Of a stretch of 64,000 bases of DNA, positions 55,065-63,725 are shown in pieces (position 1 is the stretch's first letter; each line of letters starts with the position of its first letter). Both the position numbers and the translations under genes were made by a program. The DNA comes from Acidobacteriota bacterium (GTDB lineage: Bacteria > Acidobacteriota > Polarisedimenticolia > JACPZX01): assembly GCA_016195325.1 (NCBI GenBank), contig JACPZX010000016.1, positions 8,703-72,702 on the forward strand, read 5' to 3'. Under the pieces are notes generated by a model. It was given only the letters and a program-made list of their open reading frames with translations. It ran no database searches and had not been told where the DNA came from.

Positions 55065-55194
55065 CCCAATCGCGGAACTCAGCGAGCCGCACGAGAAGAC
55101 CAGGGTCGAGGAGGATCGGATCGACAAGGACAGATGGCGCCTGGACCCGCGGGAGGTCACCTCGGGGTACGAATCGACGTCGCAGCCCACGAGG

Positions 55195-55404
55195 CGCGTG
55201 GCGCACCTTCCTCCCGGCGCAGACGTGCGCGAGTACGTCATCTGGCTCGAGCACCCGCCGACGGGCCAGCGCGTGGAAGGGGTCATCCCCCGTCAGCCCC
55301 ACACGCGGCAGGAGCTGGAGCTCCTGGAGATCGAGCTGCGCAAGGCCCTCTTCGCCGAGCTGGAGCTGAAGGTGTCACGCCACCTCGGCGGCCCGGCAGC
55401 CTGA
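55195..55404 (+). CDS. Hypothetical small protein; coding frame abuts the 3' end of tRNA-Sec
   Basis: High GC3 runs from the tRNA 3' end to the stop at 55404. The first canonical start is GTG 55195 (VAHLPPGADVREYVIWLEHPPTGQRVEG…). No homology recognised. Confidence 0.3.
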   Translation, partial: RVAHLPPGADVREYVIWLEHPPTGQRVEGVIPRQPHTRQELELLEIELRKALFAELELKVSRHLGGPAA

Positions 55405-55423
55405 GATCATGGTCTCCTGACGC

Positions 55424-55966
55424 GTGGCCACCGGCGCGACCATCTACAATTTCGACATCGATCTGGCGGACGCCGACCGGAGCGTCTACGAGTCGCTCGC
55501 GCTTCGCCTGGCTCGTCACCCGTCGGAATCCGAGGAGTACCTGGTGACGCGGGTGCTCGCCTACGCCATGGAGCACGCGGAGGGGATCGCGTTCTCCACC
55601 GGCGGCCTCGCCGACCCGGACGAACCGGCGATGACCGTTCGCGATCTCTCCGGCGCCCTCCGTGTGTGGATCGAGGTCGGCAGCCCGGATGCCGCCCGCC
55701 TGCACAGGGCCTCGAAGGCCTCGCCGCGCGTCGTGGTCTACACCCACAAGGACGCCCAGCGCCTGGCCGGACGCCTGTCGGGCGAGCGCATCCATCGCGC
55801 CGAGGCTCTCGAGCTCTACTCGATCGATCCCGCCCTCATCAGCGCGCTCACGTCACGACTCGATCGGCGGATGGCCTTCGCGCTGTCCATCGCAGGCCGC
55901 GAGCTGTTCGTCTCGATCGGCGCCGACACGCTCACGGGCCGGGTCGTCCGCCGCGCGATCGCCTGA
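55424..55966 (+). CDS. yaeQ: YaeQ family protein
   Basis: GTG start. ATIYNFDIDLADADRSVYESLALRLARHPSESEEYLVTRVLAYAME…VWIEVGSPDAARLHRASKASPRVVVY matches the YaeQ family throughout. Confidence 0.8.
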   Translation: MATGATIYNFDIDLADADRSVYESLALRLARHPSESEEYLVTRVLAYAMEHAEGIAFSTGGLADPDEPAMTVRDLSGALRVWIEVGSPDAARLHRASKASPRVVVYTHKDAQRLAGRLSGERIHRAEALELYSIDPALISALTSRLDRRMAFALSIAGRELFVSIGADTLTGRVVRRAIA

Positions 55967-56030
55967 GTGCGGACCAGGATCGCGCGCGTGCCCCTTGCCG
56001 CGGAGTGTCCGGTCTGAGAGACTGGGTTGA

Positions 56031-56900
56031 ATGTCGCCCGATAACGAGAGGCTGCTGCTCGATGTCCCCTTCTTCGAGAACCTCGACGAGGAAGAAAGAC
56101 GGACGCTGGCCGCCCACGTCGAGACCGTCCGTTACCCGCAGGGCCACGAGCTGTTCGCGGTCGGCGACCCGGGGGACTCTCTCTACGTCCTGACCGGAGG
56201 CGTCGTCGAGATCTATTTCAAGGACAACACCGGCCGTCGCATCGTTCTCGAGACGCTGGGGGCGGGTGAGTTCTTCGGCGAGCTTTCGCTGCTCGATGCG
56301 GGGCCTCGGAACGCCTCGGTCGTGATCAAGGAGGACATGGAGGCCATCCGGGTTGACCGGCACGACCTCGATGCCCTGATTCGACGCCACCCGGACGCCG
56401 CCATGGATCTGCTCGCGGCCACGGGCCGCAGGTTACGACAGACCGTCGGACTCCTGCGGCACACCGCGTCTCGCAACGTGAACCAGGAGGTCGCGGACAC
56501 TCGTACCGCGGTCCAGCGCGTGGCCGACTGGATCGCGGAGTTCTCGGGGAGTCTGACCTTTCTGGTCCTTCACCTGCTGTTCTTCTTCTTCTGGATACTG
56601 CTCAACACGCATTGGGCTCAGAGCTTCGAGGCCCCGTGGATCCGGCCTCTGACCGGATTCGATCCGTTCCCCTACGGCCTTCTCACGATGGCGGTCTCCC
56701 TCGAGGCCATCGTCCTGTCGGTCTTCGTTCTGCTGAGTCAAAGCCGCCAGGTGGCCAAGGACAAGATCCGAGGCGACATCGAGTACGACGTGAACCTCAA
56801 GGCCGAGCTCGAGGTCGCGGAACTTCACGAGAAGGTGGATCGCCTCCACTCGGAAGCGCTCAGTCGCATGGAGCGGATCGAGAAGCTCGTCACGAAATAG
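56031..56900 (+). CDS. Cyclic-nucleotide-binding domain fused to a DUF1003-like membrane domain
   Basis: N-terminal cNMP-binding fold (FFENLDEEERRTLAAH…GEFFGELSLLD…RNASVV). The C-terminal half (LTFLVLHLLFFFFWILLN…FDPFPYGLLTMAVSLEAIVLSVFVLLSQSRQ…) is two TM helices plus a coiled coil, typical of DUF1003. Confidence 0.75.
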   Translation: MSPDNERLLLDVPFFENLDEEERRTLAAHVETVRYPQGHELFAVGDPGDSLYVLTGGVVEIYFKDNTGRRIVLETLGAGEFFGELSLLDAGPRNASVVIKEDMEAIRVDRHDLDALIRRHPDAAMDLLAATGRRLRQTVGLLRHTASRNVNQEVADTRTAVQRVADWIAEFSGSLTFLVLHLLFFFFWILLNTHWAQSFEAPWIRPLTGFDPFPYGLLTMAVSLEAIVLSVFVLLSQSRQVAKDKIRGDIEYDVNLKAELEVAELHEKVDRLHSEALSRMERIEKLVTK

Positions 56901-56965
56901 AAGGGGCGGGCTCACGCTGATAAGGCGGAATCGCGAGCTCCGCGATCTTCGACCGCGCCGAGCCG

Positions 56966-58231
56966 CTACTCCGGGAGGCGCGCCGGGAACGCGAGCTCCC
57001 TCAGGCCCACCGCGAAGAGCGCCACGCTCGTGGCGACGACGAGCGTCCCCGCTACCCGAGCCGAGACGGGGATGCCGACGTTCATGGCCGGTTCGATCGC
57101 GAGACCGAGCACCGCCAGGGCCAGGAAAACGCGTCGCAGCATCGAGGCGCGCGGCGTCGCTCCCTCGCGGGGCCGCGCGAGAAAGATGAGGATCGGGATC
57201 GTCAGAACGAAGTAATGGAGCCATGCGAGGCGCGGGGCGAGGACCACGAGGAGGCAGCCCAGGGCCACGACAAGCTCGTCGCCGAGATCGGCGGCCGCCG
57301 ACCCCCCGCCGCGCCGGGAGGCGGTCCGACTCCGCATCCAGATCGCGGCGGCGAGTGCGGAGATCGCCACGATCGTGAAGGTGAGCGGGGCATCGAGGCC
57401 GAGGTTCTCGGCGGCCAGACGCGACGGCGCGAAGTTCCCGATCTCCACCGAGATGATGTCGCCCGGCAGCGACCCGAGCGCAGAGAGCCAATCCGTCCAG
57501 CACCGGAGCGATCCGAACGCGGCGGCCGAGACGGCGACCGCAAGAGCGACGCCGACTGCGGCGCCGGCGGCGTGCTCCGCCATCTTGCGCAGGCGCCTGC
57601 TCATGATCCAGTGGAGCGTGAGAGCTCCCGGAACGAAGAGAAGATTCGGTTTGAACGCGACGGCCAGGGCGAGGATCAGTCCACCGAGGAAGTCGCGACC
57701 GCGCCAGGGCAGGCGCGTCACCGTGCCGAGGTATGCGGCGAGTGCCGCGAGCTGTATCGCGTTCACGTTACCGACGCGCAGGTCGGATGCGAACGGCATG
57801 AACCAGGCCGTGAAGACTGCGACGGCGCCGAGCGTCACGGGCCACGCGAGCTGCGCGAGCCGGCCAAACGCGATCACACCCGCGGCCATGCACGCGAGAA
57901 GGAGCAGCTGGTAGTTCCTGAGGCTTCTACCGTAGTCGTCCGTCGAAAAGAACCGGAAGAACGTGTAAAGGAAGGGCGACGAGTACGTTTCCAACACCTT
58001 GCGCTTCTCGGCCGCGGCGATCATCGACGCTTGGCCCGAGCGATTCGCCTGATCGAGAAACCTGGCGCCGATGCGGACGCGATCGCCCTCCGAGTAAACG
58101 CTTGCCGGACCGGGCGTCTTCAGCTCGCGTCCGACCGCCCAGAACTGGTAGGCGTCCATGCCCGAGTCGCGCGAGGCGGCCTTCCACGCACTCGTGAGCG
58201 CGAGGCCTGCGAGCAGGACAGCGAAGATCAC
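56966..58231 (-). CDS. Polytopic membrane protein, possibly a GT-C / DUF2029-like glycosyltransferase
   Basis: 421 aa with at least ten predicted TM helices and periplasmic loops carrying conserved Arg/Asp/Lys residues (…AVAFKPNLLF…). GTG start. Confidence 0.5.
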   Translation of the reverse strand: MIFAVLLAGLALTSAWKAASRDSGMDAYQFWAVGRELKTPGPASVYSEGDRVRIGARFLDQANRSGQASMIAAAEKRKVLETYSSPFLYTFFRFFSTDDYGRSLRNYQLLLLACMAAGVIAFGRLAQLAWPVTLGAVAVFTAWFMPFASDLRVGNVNAIQLAALAAYLGTVTRLPWRGRDFLGGLILALAVAFKPNLLFVPGALTLHWIMSRRLRKMAEHAAGAAVGVALAVAVSAAAFGSLRCWTDWLSALGSLPGDIISVEIGNFAPSRLAAENLGLDAPLTFTIVAISALAAAIWMRSRTASRRGGGSAAADLGDELVVALGCLLVVLAPRLAWLHYFVLTIPILIFLARPREGATPRASMLRRVFLALAVLGLAIEPAMNVGIPVSARVAGTLVVATSVALFAVGLRELAFPARLPE

Positions 58232-58445
58232 GTCGGCATTCCTGGGCGGGTGCGCTCGGATGAGATCCTCCGCAAGCTGCCACGGACCTCCGTCCGCGCG
58301 GTGATCGCGAGCGGGCGGGGGTGCCTACAAGACTTCGATCGGGCCAGGGATCATGGCAGGACCGGCGCCGCCCGTCCATCTGTTTTCCACGTCCATTCCC
58401 ATGAGGCGTTCACCCAAGCCGGGGCAGGGCTGGATCTCCACGGCC

Positions 58446-59240
58446 TCACCTCGAAGCGGCGTCGCCGGGCCGGGTGAAAATGCTGCGGAGGAAGTAGTAC
58501 TCGTTGACGGGGCGGTCGTCCGAGAGTGCCTCGGCCGGTACCGGGGCGTCGACGAGGATGCGGGGCGAGAACTCCCGCTTCAGCACGCGCTCGAACTGAT
58601 CCTCTACCGTCGTCGCCGGACCCCACTCCAGGAGGTCCCGGGCCGCCTCCGCCGGCACACGCGCGGCCAGATCGGATGCGCTCCCCTGCGCGATGGGTTC
58701 GGTACTCGCCAGGAAATGACCACCCCACCCCTCCATGGAAGTAAAGGTCCGCAGGTGAGGGAAGCTCTCGTTCAACGCCCTCGCCACGGCGACCACCACA
58801 GTGGGATCACATGGGGGCAGCCACTGGGCCAGGATCCCGCCCGGGCGCAGTCTCTTCTTCGCCGCCTCCTAGAATTGTTTCGAGTAGAGCAGGCTCGATC
58901 CAGCCGCTTCCACGGGAGGCGGCGGGTCCACGGTGATGACATCGAAGCTCTCGCGCGAGCGCTCGAGGAAGCGGCGGGCATCGTCGACGACGATTCGCGC
59001 GGTCGGCAAGTGAATGAGTTTTTCGGCGTCCTGGTGGTAGTACCCGAAGAGCGAGGGAACGCTCGGCACGAGTTCCACCGCCGTGCTGGAAATTCCCCAG
59101 GAGAGCATCGAGCGGAAGGACGTGCCCATCCCGAAGCAGAGCACCAGCCCCTTCTCTGGGCGCCTCTGAAGGAACGCCAGGGGCAGGTGAGCCATCATCT
59201 TGGTGATGGGTGTCAGGTGGGTGCATCCGTGTTCGGTTAG
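58446..59240 (-). pseudogene. Spermidine-synthase-family (PABS methyltransferase fold) gene remnant: N-terminus missing and an in-frame TAG
   Basis: Two same-frame ORFs (58869-59198 and 58446-58799) separated by TAG at 58866-58868: …DVITVDPPPPVEAAGSSLLYSKQF*EAAKKRLRPGGILAQWLPP…. The N-terminal ~60 aa expected for this fold are absent; the frame is closed by TAA ~40 nt upstream of the first Met, close to the IS. Confidence 0.6.
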
Positions 59241-59249
59241 CGGTTTGGA

Positions 59250-60640
59250 AGGAAGAGGGTAGACGAAGGGCCACGTCCTCTGTTCTCATGGGGTTGTCGA
59301 AGCTCCAGGAGATGGAGGAAAAACCGTGGCCCGACACAAGTCTATCGGAATCCGTCGTGAGTTGGAGTGGACGGGACTCGTGAAGCGCCGTCGCAAGATC
59401 GAGCCGATGGCGCTGTTTTGGACGATCGTTCTGGGCTTCGCCGCCGGCAAGGAACGCTCCCTCACGGCTTTGAGGCGCGCGTACGAGCGATGCACCGGCG
59501 CAACGCTGGTGCCGTCGGCCTTCTACGACCGGTTCAGTCAGGCGATGGCGGAGTTCTTCCGCACCGTGGCCGCGGTGATGATGGAGCGGCTCGGCGAGAC
59601 GGACGGGAAGCTCGGAGGAGTTCTCGCGGGGTTCAAGGACGTGTTGCTGACGGACTCGACGCTCGTGAGAGTGCACGATCTCCTGGAAAAGAGCTTCCCG
59701 GCGAGCCGGACGAACCACACGAAGGCGGCGGTGAAGCTGCACGTCGTGATGAGCGTGAAGGGAGGCGGGGCGCACTCGATGAAGATGACGTCGGGGCGGC
59801 AGCACGACGGGCCGGTCCTGCAGGTTGGCCGGTGGGTGAAGGATCACCTGATGCTCTTCGACCTCGGGTACTTCCGCTACGCGCTGTTCGACCAGATCGA
59901 CAGGTTTGGCGGTTACTTCGTCTCGCGCTTGAAGCAGAGCGCGAACCCGGTCGTCGTGGAAGACCCGCAAGAGGGCGGCCGAGGTGGTCTCGTCGGGCGC
60001 CGGCTTCTCGACGTGTTGAAGAGAGTCCGAAGAGAGGAGCTGGACCTGATCGTGGAAGTGCCGTTCCGGCGGCGCGCTTACCTCGGACGACGTTCGGGGG
60101 CAAAGTGCACGCTGAGACTCGTCGGCACGCGCGACAAGGCGACGGGGGCGTGGCACCTCTACTTCACGAACATCCCCGCGGAGAAACTGTCGGCGCGGCA
60201 GGTGGCGACGGTGTACGCGTGCCGCTGGGAGATCGAGCTGCTCTTCAAGGAGATGAAGTCCGAGTACCGGCTCGACGAGGTGCACACGAGCAAGCGGCAC
60301 ATCGTCGAAGCTCTGCTGTACGCCACGGTGCTGACGCTGCTCGTGAGCCGCAAGCTGATGCGAGCGGTCAGAGAGAAACTCCGCTCGACCGGACGGATGG
60401 TTCCACAGGGGCGGTGGGGGGCGGTGTTCGCCGAGATCGCAGCGGACGTACTGAAGCTGGTTCTTGCCCCGGTCGCGCTCGCGCGCGTGCTCGCGGTCCA
60501 CCTGGAGGCGACGCTGCTGCATGAGGCGCTCGATCCGAACCTATCGCGCACGCTGTTGCGAGAGCGCGTTGAGAATGGGGCGACGTGGTGATCGATGGAA
60601 ACCCACGCCAGTCTCCAAGGCCGGGCTCCACGCCACGGCC
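59250..60640 (+). mobile_element. IS4-family insertion sequence; ends approximate, inverted repeats not resolved
   Basis: Transposase gene flanked on both sides by truncated genes: the SpeE-like remnant on the left and an Ig/HYR-like fragment on the right. Confidence 0.45.
59326..60591 (+). CDS. IS4-family DDE transposase
   Basis: 421 aa with the characteristic C-terminal YACRWEIELLFKEMKS (the Y-x-x-R-W-x-I-E-x-x-F-K-x-L-K motif of IS4-type transposases) and conserved DDE spacing. Confidence 0.85.
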   Translation: MARHKSIGIRRELEWTGLVKRRRKIEPMALFWTIVLGFAAGKERSLTALRRAYERCTGATLVPSAFYDRFSQAMAEFFRTVAAVMMERLGETDGKLGGVLAGFKDVLLTDSTLVRVHDLLEKSFPASRTNHTKAAVKLHVVMSVKGGGAHSMKMTSGRQHDGPVLQVGRWVKDHLMLFDLGYFRYALFDQIDRFGGYFVSRLKQSANPVVVEDPQEGGRGGLVGRRLLDVLKRVRREELDLIVEVPFRRRAYLGRRSGAKCTLRLVGTRDKATGAWHLYFTNIPAEKLSARQVATVYACRWEIELLFKEMKSEYRLDEVHTSKRHIVEALLYATVLTLLVSRKLMRAVREKLRSTGRMVPQGRWGAVFAEIAADVLKLVLAPVALARVLAVHLEATLLHEALDPNLSRTLLRERVENGATW

Positions 60641-60950
60641 TCCCCTGCCGGCGTCGCGGGGGACCGTCACCGTCGCGACGCCCCAGCTTGCATTCCCCGC
60701 CGCGTCGGCGCACGAAACGCCGACCGCGTAGACCCGTTCCATCACCGCGCCCGCACCGCCGGCGCGGAGAAGGGCGACCAGCCTCGCCGGGCTCGCCAGG
60801 GGGCCGGGATCGAGGAGAGCGAAATCGGAAGCCGCGATCGGCTCGTTCGCCGTCACCGAGGTGATCTCGCACGTCGGTGCTCCGTTTCCGAAGCCGGTGG
60901 CCTCGACCGCGATCGAGACCGGGAAGAACTTCCGACACGTCCCATGCGAA
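60640..60950 (-). pseudogene. Fragment of an Ig-like/HYR-like domain protein truncated at the IS
   Basis: The minus-strand frame reads …ATGFGNGAPTCEITSVTANEPIAASDFALLDPGPLASPARLVALLRAGGAGAVMERVYAVGVSCADAAGNASWGVATVTVPRD…, a HYR/Ig-like end motif. The frame runs into the 3' end of the transposase and there is no plausible start. Confidence 0.3.
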
Positions 60951-61040
60951 CCTCCTCCGAAACCATGCCGTCGCCCTTGAATCCCGCCCGGAGCAGCCTC
61001 TCTCCGGGCGGGACCATGGGACGTCGACTCGTTCAGCCGC

Positions 61041-61652
61041 CTAGTTGCCGAACTGCCCGAGCGGCCCGTCGCCGTCCGCGAAGTTCGTGGTGTTGAGCAC
61101 CTGGATCCCGGCGGTGTGGTCGCCGTTGAACGGGGTCTGCCCGCCGGGGCAACCCTGGGCCGTCGCCTCGGCCGTCGAGTCGAACCACATCCCGACGTGG
61201 AACATGTGGACCGGCGCCGTCACCGGGTTCGAGGTCGCGTCGGCCGGGTGGACGACCGGAGCCGGGTTCACGGCCGGCGCCACGATGAAGGTCTCGTCGC
61301 TGAAGATCCCGATGAACCGCGCGTGGCCGTTCCCCTGGTCATCGGTCCTCACGTCCCCCTGGTACCAGGCCATGCCGAAGGGGCCGTGGGGAATCTGGAG
61401 GACGAAGACGGTGAAGATGTCGTTGGGGGCCAGCCCCGACACCCTCACGTCCATCTGCTGGCTCACGCCGTGCGGCGTGAGCCTCACCTCGCCCCGGGCG
61501 TTCGGCATGCACGTCGCGACCGTCGCGGGGGCGACCAGGTCGAACGTGAGCGAGGCCTCTTTCCCGGAGGCGAAGGGGGTCGAGCCGGTGAGCGTAAGCG
61601 TCGCTGCCGCGACGAGCAGCGCGGTTCCCATGCGAGTCGGTTTCATGTGCAA
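61041..61652 (-). CDS. Secreted hypothetical protein
   Basis: Signal peptide MKPTRMGTALLVAAATLTLTG, then a beta-rich ~180-aa domain of no recognised family. Lies downstream of the 491-aa secreted protein on the same strand. Confidence 0.6.
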   Translation of the reverse strand: MHMKPTRMGTALLVAAATLTLTGSTPFASGKEASLTFDLVAPATVATCMPNARGEVRLTPHGVSQQMDVRVSGLAPNDIFTVFVLQIPHGPFGMAWYQGDVRTDDQGNGHARFIGIFSDETFIVAPAVNPAPVVHPADATSNPVTAPVHMFHVGMWFDSTAEATAQGCPGGQTPFNGDHTAGIQVLNTTNFADGDGPLGQFGN

Positions 61653-61711
61653 TTCTCCTTATGGCGTTGATGGTTCAAGGTGTTCTTGTGGACGGTGGAC
61701 GGTGTCGGGTG

Positions 61712-63187
61712 CTAACGGTCGTCGCCGTCGCGGCCGGCGGAGGCCGGCACGGCGGGGTTGACTATGGTCGCGGATCCCGTGAGGATCCAGGCCTTCTGGC
61801 TGGGTGCGAAGCGCGGGGCGAGGTAGCCGTCGTTGATCTCGCGCGTCACGGCGAAGCGGTTGAAGGCGGTCGCCGGCAGGAAAAGGCGGGCGTTGTCGGC
61901 GAAGCCGTCGGACGCGCTGTCGACGTCCCCCTCGACGGCAGAGATCACGCCGTCCCGGTCCTGGTCGACTCGGGCCACCTCGAAAGCGTAGGCGTCGAAG
62001 AGGCGCTGCGGGAAGCCGACTCCCCGCTCGAACGAGGCGATCCTCTCGTAGACGTCGAGGTAGATTTCGCGGGCGAGGCCGCTCGGAACGAACCGGTTCC
62101 GGAACTCGCGCTGCGAGTCCTCGTCGCCGTCGAACTTGTCGGGATCGCGGGGAAGGAAGGGACTGTCACCGTACTTCGTCGGGTCGTTCGTGACGCCCGA
62201 TGGTCCCGACCCGGGCACCAAGCTCGACAGGGTGCCGATCAGCCCCGCCTCGAATGTCCCGGGGATTCCGCCGGTGAAGGGGAGCTCGTAGAGCGGGAAG
62301 ACCCAGTCGGTCGTGTAGTTGAACTCCCAGTAGCTGTGCACGTCGCTCTGCTGCATGGCGTTGTAGGCCCCCATGCTGAGCTGGATCGGGACCGTGTTCC
62401 CCTGGATGTCGGGGAAGTGGTCCGACTCGCTCGGGAATCGCACGGGCTTGCCGTCCGAGGTGAAGAGCTCCCCCGCGACGTTGTTTCCCGTCCCCATCGC
62501 CTTGAGCGCGTCGGCGTCCGCCTGGAGGAGCACTCCGAACTGCGCGTGGCCGTCGCCGCGCGGCGAGCCGACGGGCGCGACCTTGAGGTCGTGGATCATC
62601 CACCCCTCGTACCAGCCGCTCTCGTTGTTGATGACGAACATCGGGTCGATGTCGGTGAAGATGTCGATGAAGGCGCGGACGTCGTTCGGATCCGTCGGCA
62701 GGCCGGGCTTCGGCTCGAGGGCGAGGCGGACCGATCCGATCGTGGGGATGCCGCAGTCGGCGCCGGTCACGGTGAGCATGACGGCGTCGTTGATGCCGGG
62801 GAAGAGCGCGCTGAAGACGTTCGGCTCGAACCCACGGGTGTCGAGAAGGTAGTACTGGAAGAGCTGGCTGGGGCCGTCCGCCTCGGCGAACGTCTGCATC
62901 GGGAGAAACGTGTGCGGGCGCCCCGCCATCCGGAGCAGCCTCTCCTTGAGGGGGCGCGGCGTGAAGCGGACGTCGCCGCGCTCGGCGAGGTTCGCCATGT
63001 CGGCCTGCGCGCGCGGGTTCGGATGGCATGGCGGCGGGATCGTGTCCGTCTGGAAGATCGGGCGCTCCCCCTCCCTGTCCTTGTCGTCACGGTGCTGAGA
63101 CTTGCCGTCCGCGAGGCCGTAGCTCCCGGCCCCGGCGAGTGTCAGAGCGGCGGCGACGGCCACCGCGAGTGAAATCCTGGAATTCAT
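61712..63187 (-). CDS. Secreted hypothetical protein with an EF-hand-like Ca-binding loop
   Basis: Signal peptide MNSRISLAVAVAAALTLAGAGS. 470-aa domain of unknown family, with a C-terminal DQDRDGVISAVEGDVD loop. Confidence 0.65.
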   Translation of the reverse strand: MNSRISLAVAVAAALTLAGAGSYGLADGKSQHRDDKDREGERPIFQTDTIPPPCHPNPRAQADMANLAERGDVRFTPRPLKERLLRMAGRPHTFLPMQTFAEADGPSQLFQYYLLDTRGFEPNVFSALFPGINDAVMLTVTGADCGIPTIGSVRLALEPKPGLPTDPNDVRAFIDIFTDIDPMFVINNESGWYEGWMIHDLKVAPVGSPRGDGHAQFGVLLQADADALKAMGTGNNVAGELFTSDGKPVRFPSESDHFPDIQGNTVPIQLSMGAYNAMQQSDVHSYWEFNYTTDWVFPLYELPFTGGIPGTFEAGLIGTLSSLVPGSGPSGVTNDPTKYGDSPFLPRDPDKFDGDEDSQREFRNRFVPSGLAREIYLDVYERIASFERGVGFPQRLFDAYAFEVARVDQDRDGVISAVEGDVDSASDGFADNARLFLPATAFNRFAVTREINDGYLAPRFAPSQKAWILTGSATIVNPAVPASAGRDGDDR

Positions 63188-63214
63188 GCGACTCTCTCCT
63201 TTCGTGAATGCGTT

Positions 63215-63535
63215 TCAGTTCGACTTCGAAGCCTTCCGGTCGTCCGACTCTCCGAGGGCTCGGGTCACTTCGATCCCCTCCTGCGCGAGCACGTCGGCGA
63301 TGAGCGGCGTGCAGCCGACGATGCCGGCTCCGGCCCAGACGAGGCAGACGAGCGCCTGGATGCCGGAGCGACCGATGAAGACCACGCCCGAGAAGTCGAG
63401 CACGACGCGCCGGCCGCGCCGGATCGACTCCAGGCCCTCTCGCTCGAGCAGCTCAGCCCACTCTCCCTCGATCCGGCCCTGGAGAATCAGGACCTCCAAT
63501 CGAGATTCCGTTCGGTTGCGCAGGATGCGAAGCAC
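63215..63535 (-). CDS. STAS-domain protein (anti-sigma-factor-antagonist-like)
   Basis: The C-terminal ~105 aa (LEVLILQGRIEGEWAELLEREGLESIRRGRRVVLDFSGVVFIGRSGIQALV…) fit a STAS/SpoIIAA fold. The start is set at GTG 63535; the track's first ATG at 63715 would add a low-complexity, Arg-rich N-terminus. Confidence 0.55.
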   Translation of the reverse strand: MLRILRNRTESRLEVLILQGRIEGEWAELLEREGLESIRRGRRVVLDFSGVVFIGRSGIQALVCLVWAGAGIVGCTPLIADVLAQEGIEVTRALGESDDRKASKSN

Positions 63536-63725
63536 GCTCGCTCTCCCTTCGTCGTGACGCCGGGACCCTGGACATATCAATGCCCGTGCCAGCGCCGTTC
63601 CGGCGCGGCGATTCGACCGCAATCGGTTCAGGGACGGAGAGTTGGCGGGCGCGGGGTTCGGGAAGCGCAGCGATCGGCTCGCGGGCCGCGAGCCACCAGG
63701 TTGGCGGAATGCCAATGCGGGGGGA

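Noticed and set aside
54985-55194. 5' part of ORF 54985-55404, overlapping tRNA-Sec
   Set aside because: The first ~27 codons are simply the translation of the tRNA. No start codon occurs before 55195. Retained only from GTG 55195 as a low-confidence hypothetical.
58866-58868. In-frame TAG as possible pyrrolysine or programmed read-through
   Set aside because: No pyl genes or PYLIS-like context are evident. The only recoding tRNA in the window decodes UGA. Pseudogene or sequencing error is more parsimonious.
58353-59240. 295-aa plus-strand ORF
   Set aside because: Antisense to the SpeE-like pseudogene.
60159-60938. 259-aa and 162-aa minus-strand ORFs overlapping the transposase 3' end
   Set aside because: Mostly antisense to the IS4 transposase. 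Only the segment right of ~60640 looks like a genuine Ig/HYR-like gene fragment.
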